Assembly: GCA_938003565.1 (NCBI GenBank)
Contig: CALKYB010000300.1
Coordinates: 1 to 27,209 of the forward strand
Length of the DNA stretch: 27,209 nt
Direction: 5' to 3'
DNA from: an uncultured bacterium
GTDB taxonomy: Bacteria > Bdellovibrionota_C > UBA2361 > SZUA-149 > CALKYB01
In this document: positions 1 to 8,472 of the stretch, in pieces
Position numbering within the stretch: the first letter of the stretch is position 1
Layout: every line of letters begins with the position of its first letter
Notes under the pieces: model-generated
Told to the model about the DNA's origin: nothing
What the model saw: the letters and a program-made list of their open reading frames with translations, nothing else
The model's database searches: none
Position numbers and translations under genes: made by a program

Positions 1-41
1 GGATAAGGTCAAGTAGCGATTTTCTTCTATCGCTGGTGATA

Positions 42-50
42 TGCTATAAG
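42..50 (+). promoter_or_regulatory. Putative extended -10 promoter for polX-nth-VOC
   Basis: TGcTATAAG at 42-50, 56 nt upstream of the polX ATG. Confidence 0.4.
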
Positions 51-106
51 CTGTCCCCTGTTAATCAAATACTACCTGAAGAACTTATTCACAAACATCC
101 AAAACT

Positions 107-1846
107 ATGACCTCAAGCGAGATCGCTGATAATCTTGAAGAAATTGCTACCTTACTAGAACTACAAGGTGCAAATGTCTTCCGTATAAGAGCCTTTAATA
201 ATGCCGCGAGGGTGGTTAGATCCGTCGAGATTGAACTATCCGATTTTGTAGAGGAAGCGAGCGCAGGAAAAGTGAAAGGTATAGGACCAGCGATAAGTGA
301 GAACATTCAAGTTCTTTTCAATGAAGGAGAGCTGCCTTTTCTTGACGAGTTGCGAGATAGTTTTCCTGAAGGACTTCTAGAGCTGCTAAATATACCCGGT
401 CTGGGCGCTAAAAAAGTCAAAAAACTATATGAAGAATTGGAAATCGAATCCCTTAGTGACCTCGAGGAAGCCTGCAAAAACGAAAAATTGTCAGATCTAA
501 AAGGATTTAGCAGCAAAACAGAGACTAATATCCTCGAATCAATTGAAAGATACCGAAAATTTAGTTCTCAATTTCTTTATAGAACTGCCCTTGAAAAATC
601 AAAAGAGATTTTAGAATACCTAAGTAAATCTAAACTTACTGGAAAAGTTGAGCTGGCCGGCTCGCTCCGACGCAACAAAGAGGTAGTCAAAGATATTGAC
701 ATAATTGCTACCTCCCGCTCACCAGTAAAGCTAATGGAGAAATTTACGAGCTACCCTTCAGTAGAGAAGATAGTCGCTGAAGGTGAAACCAAATCCTCTG
801 TGATAATCGAAGACGGCCTCGGAGTTGATCTTCGAGTTGTCAGTGAAGAAGAATTCGCTGCGGCTATTTTACATTTCACAGGTAGCAAAGAACACAATAC
901 TAGGCTGAGAAGCATAGCCATAAAAAAAGGCTTAAAGTTAAATGAGTATGGTTTGTTCAAAGATGACACTGCTCTTTCACTAGACTCAGAGGAAGCCATA
1001 TACAAAGAGCTTGGTCTAGCTTGGGTACCACCTGAGCTGCGAGAAGATCGAAGTGAAATTGAGGAGGCTCAAAGACTTCTTAAAAAAAAGAGCACCTTTG
1101 CCCGACTCATTGAAGTTGATGACATAAAGGGAATCCTGCACGCCCACTCAACTTACTCCGACGGCAAACACACCCTTGAGCAGATGGCCCTTGCTGCTAA
1201 AGATTTAGGATTTGAATACCTTGGGATTACAGACCACTCCCAGACCGCTGCATATGCTGGTGGACTAAAACCTGCCGCAGTCAAGAAACAACACAAAGAA
1301 ATTGATGAGCTAAACAAAAAGCTAGCGCCATTTAAAATCTTAAAGGGCATAGAATCCGACATTCTTGCTGATGGCTCACTTGACTACAACGAAAAAGTAC
1401 TCGAGTCTTTTGATTTTATAATTGCCTCTGTCCACTCCCAATTTAATTTGGATGAATCTGCTATGACTAAAAGATTCATCAATGCCATTAAGAATCCTTA
1501 CACCACTATAATTGGACACCCCACCGGCAGACTACTCCTCAAAAGAGAGGCCTATGCATTAAACATTCCGGAAATTCTGTCTGCGGCCAAGGAGTATGGT
1601 GTTTCAATAGAGCTAAATGCCAATCCTCGCCGGCTCGATTTGGATTGGCGATACCTTTCTCAAGCCAGAAAATTGGGCATCAGCATTCCGATCAATCCCG
1701 ACGCCCACTCAATCGAGGGTATGCAAAACATCGCCTACGGGGTGAAAGTAGCACGCAAGGGGGGACTAACTAAAGACGAATCCCTTTGCTGCATGAATCT
1801 AAATTCTTTAGAAAAATTTCTTGATGCTAGACGTAATGACTCCTAG
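107..1846 (+). CDS. polX: DNA polymerase X family with C-terminal PHP domain (PolX-PHP)
   Basis: N-terminal HhH/8-kDa region (IPGLGAKK), PolX catalytic motif GSLRR..KDIDI plus VDLRV, HFTGSKEHN; PHP motifs HAH, TDH, ESDI, VHS, GHPTGR, PDAH all present. Confidence 0.95.
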   Translation: MTSSEIADNLEEIATLLELQGANVFRIRAFNNAARVVRSVEIELSDFVEEASAGKVKGIGPAISENIQVLFNEGELPFLDELRDSFPEGLLELLNIPGLGAKKVKKLYEELEIESLSDLEEACKNEKLSDLKGFSSKTETNILESIERYRKFSSQFLYRTALEKSKEILEYLSKSKLTGKVELAGSLRRNKEVVKDIDIIATSRSPVKLMEKFTSYPSVEKIVAEGETKSSVIIEDGLGVDLRVVSEEEFAAAILHFTGSKEHNTRLRSIAIKKGLKLNEYGLFKDDTALSLDSEEAIYKELGLAWVPPELREDRSEIEEAQRLLKKKSTFARLIEVDDIKGILHAHSTYSDGKHTLEQMALAAKDLGFEYLGITDHSQTAAYAGGLKPAAVKKQHKEIDELNKKLAPFKILKGIESDILADGSLDYNEKVLESFDFIIASVHSQFNLDESAMTKRFINAIKNPYTTIIGHPTGRLLLKREAYALNIPEILSAAKEYGVSIELNANPRRLDLDWRYLSQARKLGISIPINPDAHSIEGMQNIAYGVKVARKGGLTKDESLCCMNLNSLEKFLDARRNDS

Positions 1847-1852
1847 GTCAAC

Positions 1853-2485
1853 ATGAAAGAGTTAAGCCAAAAAGCAAGCCTGGTAAACCGAAGGCTAAAA
1901 AAAGAGCATCCGGACGCTCATTGCGAACTCAACTACACCTCACCAGACCAGCTCCTTGTAGCCACTATTCTCTCTGCCCAATGCACAGATGAAAGAGTAA
2001 ACAAAGTCACCAAAGAGCTTTTTAAAGAGTTCAAAAATCCAAAAGATTACATTTCAAAACCCCTTAAGAAACTTGAAACCATGGTTAACTCGACTGGATT
2101 TTTTCGCATGAAAGCTAAAAATATCCGAGGAGCCATGTCTACGATCCTTGAGAAACATAATGGAGAGGTTCCAAAAACAATGGAAGAGCTACACGCGCTT
2201 CCAGGGGTAGGACGAAAAACGGCCAACGTAGTTCTTGGCAATGCCTTTGACATCCCAGGGCTTCCAGTTGACACTCACGTGACAAGACTCTGTAACAGAA
2301 TAGGCATTACCAAAGAAAAGGATGCTGTAAAAATTGAACTTCTACTTAATAAATTGCTCCGAAAAGAACACTGGACAATGTTTAGCCTAAGACTAATATT
2401 TCACGGCCGCCGAGTTTGTAAAGCAAGGACTCCAAATTGCGAACAATGCTGCCTCAGTGATATTTGCGATTTTAATAATCAATAG
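1853..2485 (+). CDS. nth: Endonuclease III (HhH-GPD DNA glycosylase/AP lyase, 4Fe-4S)
   Basis: LVATILSAQCTDERVN, HhH LPGVGRKTANVVL, VDTHV, and C-x6-C-x2-C-x5-C cluster motif CKARTPNCEQCCLSDIC. Confidence 0.97.
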   Translation: MKELSQKASLVNRRLKKEHPDAHCELNYTSPDQLLVATILSAQCTDERVNKVTKELFKEFKNPKDYISKPLKKLETMVNSTGFFRMKAKNIRGAMSTILEKHNGEVPKTMEELHALPGVGRKTANVVLGNAFDIPGLPVDTHVTRLCNRIGITKEKDAVKIELLLNKLLRKEHWTMFSLRLIFHGRRVCKARTPNCEQCCLSDICDFNNQ

Positions 2486-2499
2486 GAAACTCTATAGCT

Positions 2500-2796
2500 A
2501 TGAAAGACTCAATCCACCATGTAGCGATAATGGTTGCAGATATCCAACGCTCGCTACAATGGTACACTACCAGCTTTAACTGTGAAGTAGCTTTCTCTAG
2601 CGACACCGAAGCAATACTTAAATTCGAGAACCTTAGCCTTCAACTACTGTTGCCAAGCCAAATGCCAGCCCACATTGCCTTTAGCAGAGAAGATGCCGCT
2701 ACCTTTGGTGAGCTTAGAGATAACAGAGACAATACTAGCTCTTGCTTTGTTTCAGACCCGACCGGCAATCCTGTAGAGATTGTCTCCAAAAACTAG
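2500..2796 (+). CDS. VOC (glyoxalase/bleomycin-resistance) family protein
   Basis: N-terminal IHHVAIMVADIQRSLQWY, central HIAF and C-terminal DPTGNPVEI are typical VOC motifs; 98 aa. Confidence 0.8.
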   Translation: MKDSIHHVAIMVADIQRSLQWYTTSFNCEVAFSSDTEAILKFENLSLQLLLPSQMPAHIAFSREDAATFGELRDNRDNTSSCFVSDPTGNPVEIVSKN

Positions 2797-2803
2797 AAGC
2801 TTT

Positions 2804-3520
2804 TTACTTTTTTCTATTAACACCACGAGTCGTGGTCTTAATATTCAAGAACTCCACGAGTAAAGAGAATCCCATGGCAAAATAGATATATCCTTTATCT
2901 ACATGTGTTCCCCAGCCTTCTGCCAACAGCATAACACCTATGAGGAGAATGAAAGACAAAGCTAAAACTTTGAAAGTTGGATACTCTTCAATAAAATCGC
3001 TTATATGCTTAGCAAAAAATAGCATCACTAAAACTGAGATGATTACAGCGATAATCATAATTGGCAGACTTTCAGACATTCCAACCGCAGTAATTACTGA
3101 ATCAAGCGAAAAAACTATGTCTATAATAATAATCTGCACTACTGCTGAAGCTAAAGACTTTGGCTTTTTAAGAGCGTCAACATCGGATTCGTCTTCCATT
3201 TTCTCATGAATTTCATGTGTAGACTTTCCAATTAAAAACAAACCCCCTACAATTAAAATTAGGTCTCTTCCAGAAATTTCGTTGCTAAAAAAAACAAACA
3301 AAGGTTCTGTTAATCTCATTATCCAGGAAATCGCACAAAGCAGTCCGACCCTCATAATCATCGCTAGGGCTAAACCTAGAGTACGTACTTGAGCCTGTTT
3401 CTCTTTGGGTAGCTTAGAAACAATGATTGCAATAAAAATTACATTGTCAATCCCCAGGATTATCTCAAGCCCTGTCAGGGTGACTAGGGCAATAATATTT
3501 TCAGATGTTAGTAAGTCCAT
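2804..3520 (-). CDS. TerC-family integral membrane protein (metal/Mn2+ homeostasis-type)
   Basis: GLEIILGIDNVIFI, IIIIDIVFSLDSVITAVG and KVLALSFILLIGVML..EG..KGYIYFAM signature motifs; about 7 hydrophobic segments. Confidence 0.93.
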   Translation of the reverse strand: MDLLTSENIIALVTLTGLEIILGIDNVIFIAIIVSKLPKEKQAQVRTLGLALAMIMRVGLLCAISWIMRLTEPLFVFFSNEISGRDLILIVGGLFLIGKSTHEIHEKMEDESDVDALKKPKSLASAVVQIIIIDIVFSLDSVITAVGMSESLPIMIIAVIISVLVMLFFAKHISDFIEEYPTFKVLALSFILLIGVMLLAEGWGTHVDKGYIYFAMGFSLLVEFLNIKTTTRGVNRKK

Positions 3521-3594
3521 TCCTAAAAACTAGCATTTTCAGAGGGTTCTGTGTAGACCCCTAAACGGGGAAACTGAAACGAGTTTACCTGCTA

Positions 3595-4848
3595 TTAATG
3601 CAGGCCTACGAGTCTTTTCATTTTCCCAAAGACCCCCTGAGGACTGACTTTGATTTCTCCACGCTTAAACCTCACCATATCCTGGGTCAGTTCACGAATA
3701 ACAGACCGAACAGGTTCTTCAGCAAGATCGTAAAAGGACACTCCAGGCGCACCCCATCTCCTACCAGATTCCGAGAACTGAATTGTATGCAAAGGCATTG
3801 ACTCAGGAAACAATCCACAATCGTCACACTCATCAGAAACATCATCGGGTTGAAGTAATTTCGAAGAATAGCCATTCATGACTAAACGCCATTTTGCAAA
3901 GTCGAACTCCTCAGAATCATCAGTTTCTCTAGAAAGCCGTCGCAGACTATCAATCGTTCTACGCAAACTCATGGCATCATCATCAGTAACCAGAACAACG
4001 TCCTGACAGAAAGGCAATGTAGCGAAATGAGCAATTCCCCAAGACCTTCCAAGATCCACTACTACTACATCAAAATTATCCTGAAGTAGTGGAAGTAAAC
4101 TCTCAATAAAGGCCTGAGCACTTGGGGCACCCTCAAGTACGTCCGCTTTGAAATGAAAACTTTCGTGATAATTCTCTGGCTGCCCAACGATTGAAATAGA
4201 TCGCTCTTCGCCCTCAATATTCGCTAGACACTCTGAGAGTCTATAGACTGGTACTTGACCTTGTCTCATTAATTCAGTGACGACAGAACGACGTCCGGAG
4301 GGAATTCTCGCCCAGTCGGTAAGCTGTGGGTTGATATCGTCTAAATCAAGAATAACAACAGAAAGTTCGTGCTCTGCCCAACAGGTCGCCATCGCAGCCG
4401 CAAGAGTAGACGCTCCCACTCCTCCTTTTAGTTGAGCAACAGCCACAATCCCCTCACCATTACGCCCAGAAACCCTTGTCTTTTTCTGATTGTCTAAAAG
4501 GAAGCTAGAAATGCTTGCGATATCCGCAACAGGCATAACAGTAAGACCTAGAGCTCTCCTAAGTTTTACCGCTTCCAAAGCATAAGTATCATTCTGAAGA
4601 ATAATACCCAGAGCGGAACGAGGATATGTATTTCGAACTACCTCACATACTTCCTCACAGTTCTCAAAGCAGCCTGGACCTACAAATACTATATCCGGGG
4701 AAATCCCTGCATTTCTTGATTTGAGAACTTCGAGGTCACAACTCTCAAGCTGAACTCGTCGAAGACCAGACTGTTTTACAGCTTCGTTGACACGAGACTC
4801 GAGTGCAGCAATTAAATCTGCAGACTGGTCAATTACTAGTATCTCCAT
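3595..4848 (-). CDS. CpaE/TadZ-like MinD/ParA-fold pilus localisation protein with N-terminal pseudo-receiver
   Basis: Deviant Walker A KGGVGAST (CpaE/TadZ type), ILDLD and DVVVVDLG motifs. The N-terminal REC-like segment has PDIVFVGPG, with no phospho-Asp. Lies downstream of tadA/B/C-like genes. Confidence 0.8.
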   Translation of the reverse strand: MEILVIDQSADLIAALESRVNEAVKQSGLRRVQLESCDLEVLKSRNAGISPDIVFVGPGCFENCEEVCEVVRNTYPRSALGIILQNDTYALEAVKLRRALGLTVMPVADIASISSFLLDNQKKTRVSGRNGEGIVAVAQLKGGVGASTLAAAMATCWAEHELSVVILDLDDINPQLTDWARIPSGRRSVVTELMRQGQVPVYRLSECLANIEGEERSISIVGQPENYHESFHFKADVLEGAPSAQAFIESLLPLLQDNFDVVVVDLGRSWGIAHFATLPFCQDVVLVTDDDAMSLRRTIDSLRRLSRETDDSEEFDFAKWRLVMNGYSSKLLQPDDVSDECDDCGLFPESMPLHTIQFSESGRRWGAPGVSFYDLAEEPVRSVIRELTQDMVRFKRGEIKVSPQGVFGKMKRLVGLH

Positions 4849-4965
4849 AAGCTTGTGCTCTTCCGCATATTGATAGGTTAAGAATCGGGCTCAACTAGCT
4901 CCGAATAAGGGAGCTGTTATTTAGATGCGTTTAAGGACAACAGGGCCCAAAAAATTTAAGGTAAA

Positions 4966-4982
4966 TTGCATTTAAAATGCAA
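4966..4982. promoter_or_regulatory. Perfect 17-bp palindrome TTGCATTT-A-AAATGCAA upstream of the cpaE-like gene
   Basis: Read directly. On the minus strand it overlaps TTGCAT-N18-TAAATT, a sigma70-like promoter. Confidence 0.5.
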
Positions 4983-4999
4983 GAATATTTGCTCTAAAT

Positions 5000-5404
5000 C
5001 TAGGGGTTCTTTTTTGGGGAGCAAACCCCTATCAAAAGTTTGCCTAGGTCATCTGGGACAAAGGGCTTCTGTAAAAAAGCGTCAGCCCCTTGCATTCGTG
5101 CCCACTCTCCGGCTTCAGCCGCATCCTCCGAGGACACGATAATCACTGGGACAGAAGGTCTAAGCTTTTTAACCTCCCGACAAATCTGAAAACCATCAGA
5201 AACAGAATTGCCATCATCATCCAGTAGACACAAATCGACTAAAACCACATCAGGATTATCCTCATTCAAGATTTGGTCTACGCCTTTAGATATAACGTTA
5301 TAAACAATTGGAGTACAACCCAACGCGGAAACGATCCCTGCTATCACATCAGCTTGCGTAGGAGAATCTTCAATAATCAAAATTCTAGTTGATTCAATAT
5401 CCAC
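5000..5404 (-). CDS. Stand-alone response regulator receiver, PilH-like
   Basis: ILIIEDSPT, DVVLVD (phospho-Asp), DGFQICRE, PVIIVSS, EWARMQGADAFLQKP; GTG start with AGAAGG upstream. Confidence 0.9.
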   Translation of the reverse strand: MDIESTRILIIEDSPTQADVIAGIVSALGCTPIVYNVISKGVDQILNEDNPDVVLVDLCLLDDDGNSVSDGFQICREVKKLRPSVPVIIVSSEDAAEAGEWARMQGADAFLQKPFVPDDLGKLLIGVCSPKKNP

Positions 5405-5417
5405 AGTTATAAGCCTT

Positions 5418-6203
5418 CTAACTTAACATCAACAAACCAGCACCAGTTCCAAGTAAAACGAATAGAACAATCACAGAACCTAAGGCAACATACATTCTCG
5501 AATTAAAAGACTCTTTTAACTGAAAAACCGCTTCCTGTTCAACATAAAAAATCTCCAGAGAATCTTTGCCACGCTCTGGCTCGCTATACCACTTCAGAAT
5601 TGCTTTAATCAGTTTTGAGACTGAGTCGAATGGCGCCAACTCTTTTACAAGCTTTACTGACATCTTAAAACTATCTTTCTCCTTGAGGGAGAATATGCCC
5701 GTCTCTAGCAACGGCCGAATTCTGTTCTGTCGATTATCCCCCGGCAAAGCATCGCAAACATCACGAAGAATATGTTTGACCGATTCATCTGCTCGAACCC
5801 GGATCGTCAGGAGAAACGCCGTCAAAGGTATCTCTCGATCATAACTTCTCTCGATCGAACTTCGAAGATATCGTAATGCAATCTTTGGCAAAATCGCAGC
5901 CAAAACTAAAACCAGTAAAGTAACAATCAAAGCATTAAACGCTGGGTAGAGAACCCAAACCAAAGCGGAGAACAAAAGACCTGCAAAAATTCCTATTCCT
6001 TGACAAAAACTGACAAACATCTCTGCTTTGTAAACATCCTCCACGGTGGTTAATCGATCTATTATACGCGCCACTACCCTTGAGTAGCTAACTTTCACAT
6101 TTGGACGAAATCTATATCGTTCGATCATCTTCTCTCGTTCCAAATCCAACACCAACCACAAGAAAAAGAACAAAGCTAAAGCCAATAGAGTAAAATTCAT
6201 CAC
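5418..6203 (-). CDS. TadC-like (type II secretion system F family) inner-membrane platform protein
   Basis: TM pair followed by RYLRSSIERSYDREIPLTAFLLTIRVRADES, matching the T2SS-F pattern, and a C-terminal TM. Probable ATG at 6200-6198 overlaps the upstream TGA (TGATG). Confidence 0.65.
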   Translation of the reverse strand: MMNFTLLALALFFFLWLVLDLEREKMIERYRFRPNVKVSYSRVVARIIDRLTTVEDVYKAEMFVSFCQGIGIFAGLLFSALVWVLYPAFNALIVTLLVLVLAAILPKIALRYLRSSIERSYDREIPLTAFLLTIRVRADESVKHILRDVCDALPGDNRQNRIRPLLETGIFSLKEKDSFKMSVKLVKELAPFDSVSKLIKAILKWYSEPERGKDSLEIFYVEQEAVFQLKESFNSRMYVALGSVIVLFVLLGTGAGLLMLS

Positions 6204-7030
6204 ACCCTCCCGATGGCTCGGTCAGCGAGATCAAAACACACGGTTAAGGCAAAGAACTGCAATATAACAAACATCTCAACCAATGGAATATGCTTCACAC
6301 TAGGAATAAAACTTGCGGCTAGAAGATCAATACAAAGAATAATAAACCCAACAGCTCCGCTGATCACATAAAGTGTTTTCCTAGCGACATTCCTATCTAC
6401 TAAAGACTCACAAATAGGAGATAAGTAGCGAAGGAGTCTAGCAATACCCTCTTTCTGTAAGCTCTCCACTCCTGATAACAAGAAAATTGAAGTTGAAAAT
6501 ATTTGCGCTTCCCTGCCTGCTATTGTTTTATTGAGGCCAAGAATCGACTGCTTAAGGGACTGATTATTGGTTAAATCTCGAAGCTCCTTTCGCAAGAAAC
6601 CCCCTTTCGCAGTTTCAAGCGAATATTCAAACGCAGTTTCTACACTCTTACCTTTGGATGTTAGAGCATCTAATTCTTTAACAAAATCTACCAGCTGAGA
6701 AGCAAACCTCACCCTTCTGTTGATACTCTTCCAACGAACAAAACGAACCATTAGAAGGTACCCTGTCAAAACAGCTGCTGAGAATCATGAAACTAAGCTG
6801 AAAAGAAGTGTAAAAATAAGACCAATGGCTACCGAAAAAAACAAGCTTATAAAAAACCATGTATAAGATAGTTTTCCTAGACCAGCTCTAAAAAGTCTCA
6901 CAAACCAATAGGAATTCTCATCTCTATCCGGTTTCCAGAGACCTTTAAAAGTTCTACCCAAACGACTCGGCATTGTCATTTCAGAGCGACTTCGAACCTG
7001 TAGTAAATGGAGACGATAAGATTCCCTCAT
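6200..7030 (-). pseudogene. TadB-like T2SS-F protein (276 codons) interrupted by one in-frame TGA at 6785-6787
   Basis: ORFs 6785..7030 and 6200..6769 are in the same frame. The joined reading ...LLFSLVS*FSAAVLTGYLLMVRFVRWKSINRRVRFASQLVDFVKELDALTSKGKSVETAF fits the TadB pattern (TMs, RR..F..QL.D, G.S...A). Start overlaps the tadA-like stop (ATGA). Confidence 0.7.
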
Positions 7031-8472
7031 CCATTATCTCCTGAAAGAAGATCGATTTTAAATTTGGCCTTTAATTTTCTAAGTAAAGGAGTTTCCTGGC
7101 CTTGAACAGACCACTGTCGTTCACCATTTGCTCTTCCCTTGAATTTTACCAAACTAGTCATTCGAAATTGTCCGGAATCAGAGGGAAGAATTTCTAAAAC
7201 CTCAAGCAACACAGGGCTGCCGGCTTCGACCCCTATTTTCAACACAATCGAAAAGGTGCGAGATATTCGTCGAACAATACTCTCTTCAGATGCAAAATCT
7301 CCTCGCATCACAAAATCTACAAACTTCCACAGCCCATCTTTTCCAGTATTAGAATCAATCGTCGTGACCGCTCCATTGAATCCCTGCTCAACTAGACTGA
7401 GAAAAGTCCCTGCCTCAGCTCCTCTCAACTCGTCTAAATACATTCTATGTGGAGCTCTTTGAACTGCAAATCTTAGAGTATCATTGGCTTCTTTAACAGT
7501 ATAACCATTGTTAAAAATCAACTTCTCCATTTGAGGATTTGCAATAAGAACCTCCGGCAGTTCCTCTACGGTCAGTATTCTCTCATTCGAGGATACTGCA
7601 TTTAGAAGTGAGCCGGCCAAAGCACTTCGCATACTATCTTTAGGACCAACGATCAGCACATTCTCCGCAGCTGTTGAACTCACTTCAGTCAACCAAGAGG
7701 CGAGTCCTGCCGGTAGAAACTTATCGGTTAGCAAATTGTAAAACGTAACCTGTATGGGCCTGGGCACACGCAAACAAAGGCGAGGAAGATTCTCCGAGTT
7801 AGGACCATCGGAGACAATGCTACAAAGCAGCTTCTGCTCATCGCCAATTAGAAACAATGAACGACCCGAAACTTCCTCTGGATCGCTTGGAGCACGATGA
7901 CGCAACAACTTTAAAAATAACTTATACTCAACAGGTGACTTAAATACGACAGCTGTCTTTTCCAATTTGGAATTTTTTCGAACGCTAACACTATTGTAAT
8001 CATCCACATATATCTCGGTTACCGTTCTATCTCGGATCAAAACATTGAGTGGACCAAATTTGTCCACTAGATCAAAAAAATATCTTTTAACAATCGAGAT
8101 ATCGTATCGAGCATATGAGACATTCGATGCACTTGTACGTCGGGCTCTTTCCACCGAGGTGTTGAAAACAGCGTTCCAATCTATCACCTGATCTCTTTCT
8201 TCTACTACAAGATCGTTAGCTACCCGAATCATATCCTGAGCTAATAAAGATATCTTCTTTGAAAAGGACTCACCAGACTCCTCCCACCCCCTAGAACTGC
8301 CTGCCTCCTCGCCTTCAGCACCGCGCTCGATCCTAGAGCTTTTTATAAAGCGGAAATCTCCGGAAACTAATTCATCCCTCTTCTTGGCCTGAGAAGGATC
8401 AACCACAACATCGCTAACTCTGTCATTAAGTCTTGCGCGAGGTTTTTGAATCTTTCTTAACAACCCAGACAT
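7027..8472 (-). CDS. TadA/CpaF-family secretion ATPase homologue with degenerate catalytic motifs
   Basis: FGPLNVLIRDRTVTEIYVD matches the CpaF GPL..LL.D..V.EI.VN motif. Walker A region is NVLIVGPKDSMRS, Asp box ERILTVEELPE, Walker B RAPHRMYLDELRGAEA, His-box region GFNGAVTTIDS. Confidence 0.85.
   Translation of the reverse strand: MSGLLRKIQKPRARLNDRVSDVVVDPSQAKKRDELVSGDFRFIKSSRIERGAEGEEAGSSRGWEESGESFSKKISLLAQDMIRVANDLVVEERDQVIDWNAVFNTSVERARRTSASNVSYARYDISIVKRYFFDLVDKFGPLNVLIRDRTVTEIYVDDYNSVSVRKNSKLEKTAVVFKSPVEYKLFLKLLRHRAPSDPEEVSGRSLFLIGDEQKLLCSIVSDGPNSENLPRLCLRVPRPIQVTFYNLLTDKFLPAGLASWLTEVSSTAAENVLIVGPKDSMRSALAGSLLNAVSSNERILTVEELPEVLIANPQMEKLIFNNGYTVKEANDTLRFAVQRAPHRMYLDELRGAEAGTFLSLVEQGFNGAVTTIDSNTGKDGLWKFVDFVMRGDFASEESIVRRISRTFSIVLKIGVEAGSPVLLEVLEILPSDSGQFRMTSLVKFKGRANGERQWSVQGQETPLLRKLKAKFKIDLLSGDNG

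Noticed and set aside
85-93. DnaA-box-like TTATTCACA upstream of polX
   Set aside because: Single copy, expected by chance in AT-rich DNA; no box cluster or oriC context.
3521-3594. yybP-ykoY Mn riboswitch upstream of the TerC gene
   Set aside because: Only 74 nt available and the conserved motifs are not evident.
6785-6787. Genome-wide TGA recoding (code 4/25) or selenocysteine
   Set aside because: TGA clearly terminates rpe and the tadA- and tadB-like genes in ATGA/TGATG overlaps, Trp is encoded by TGG in long genes, and only one internal TGA occurs in 27 kb. A TM loop is not a redox site for Sec.
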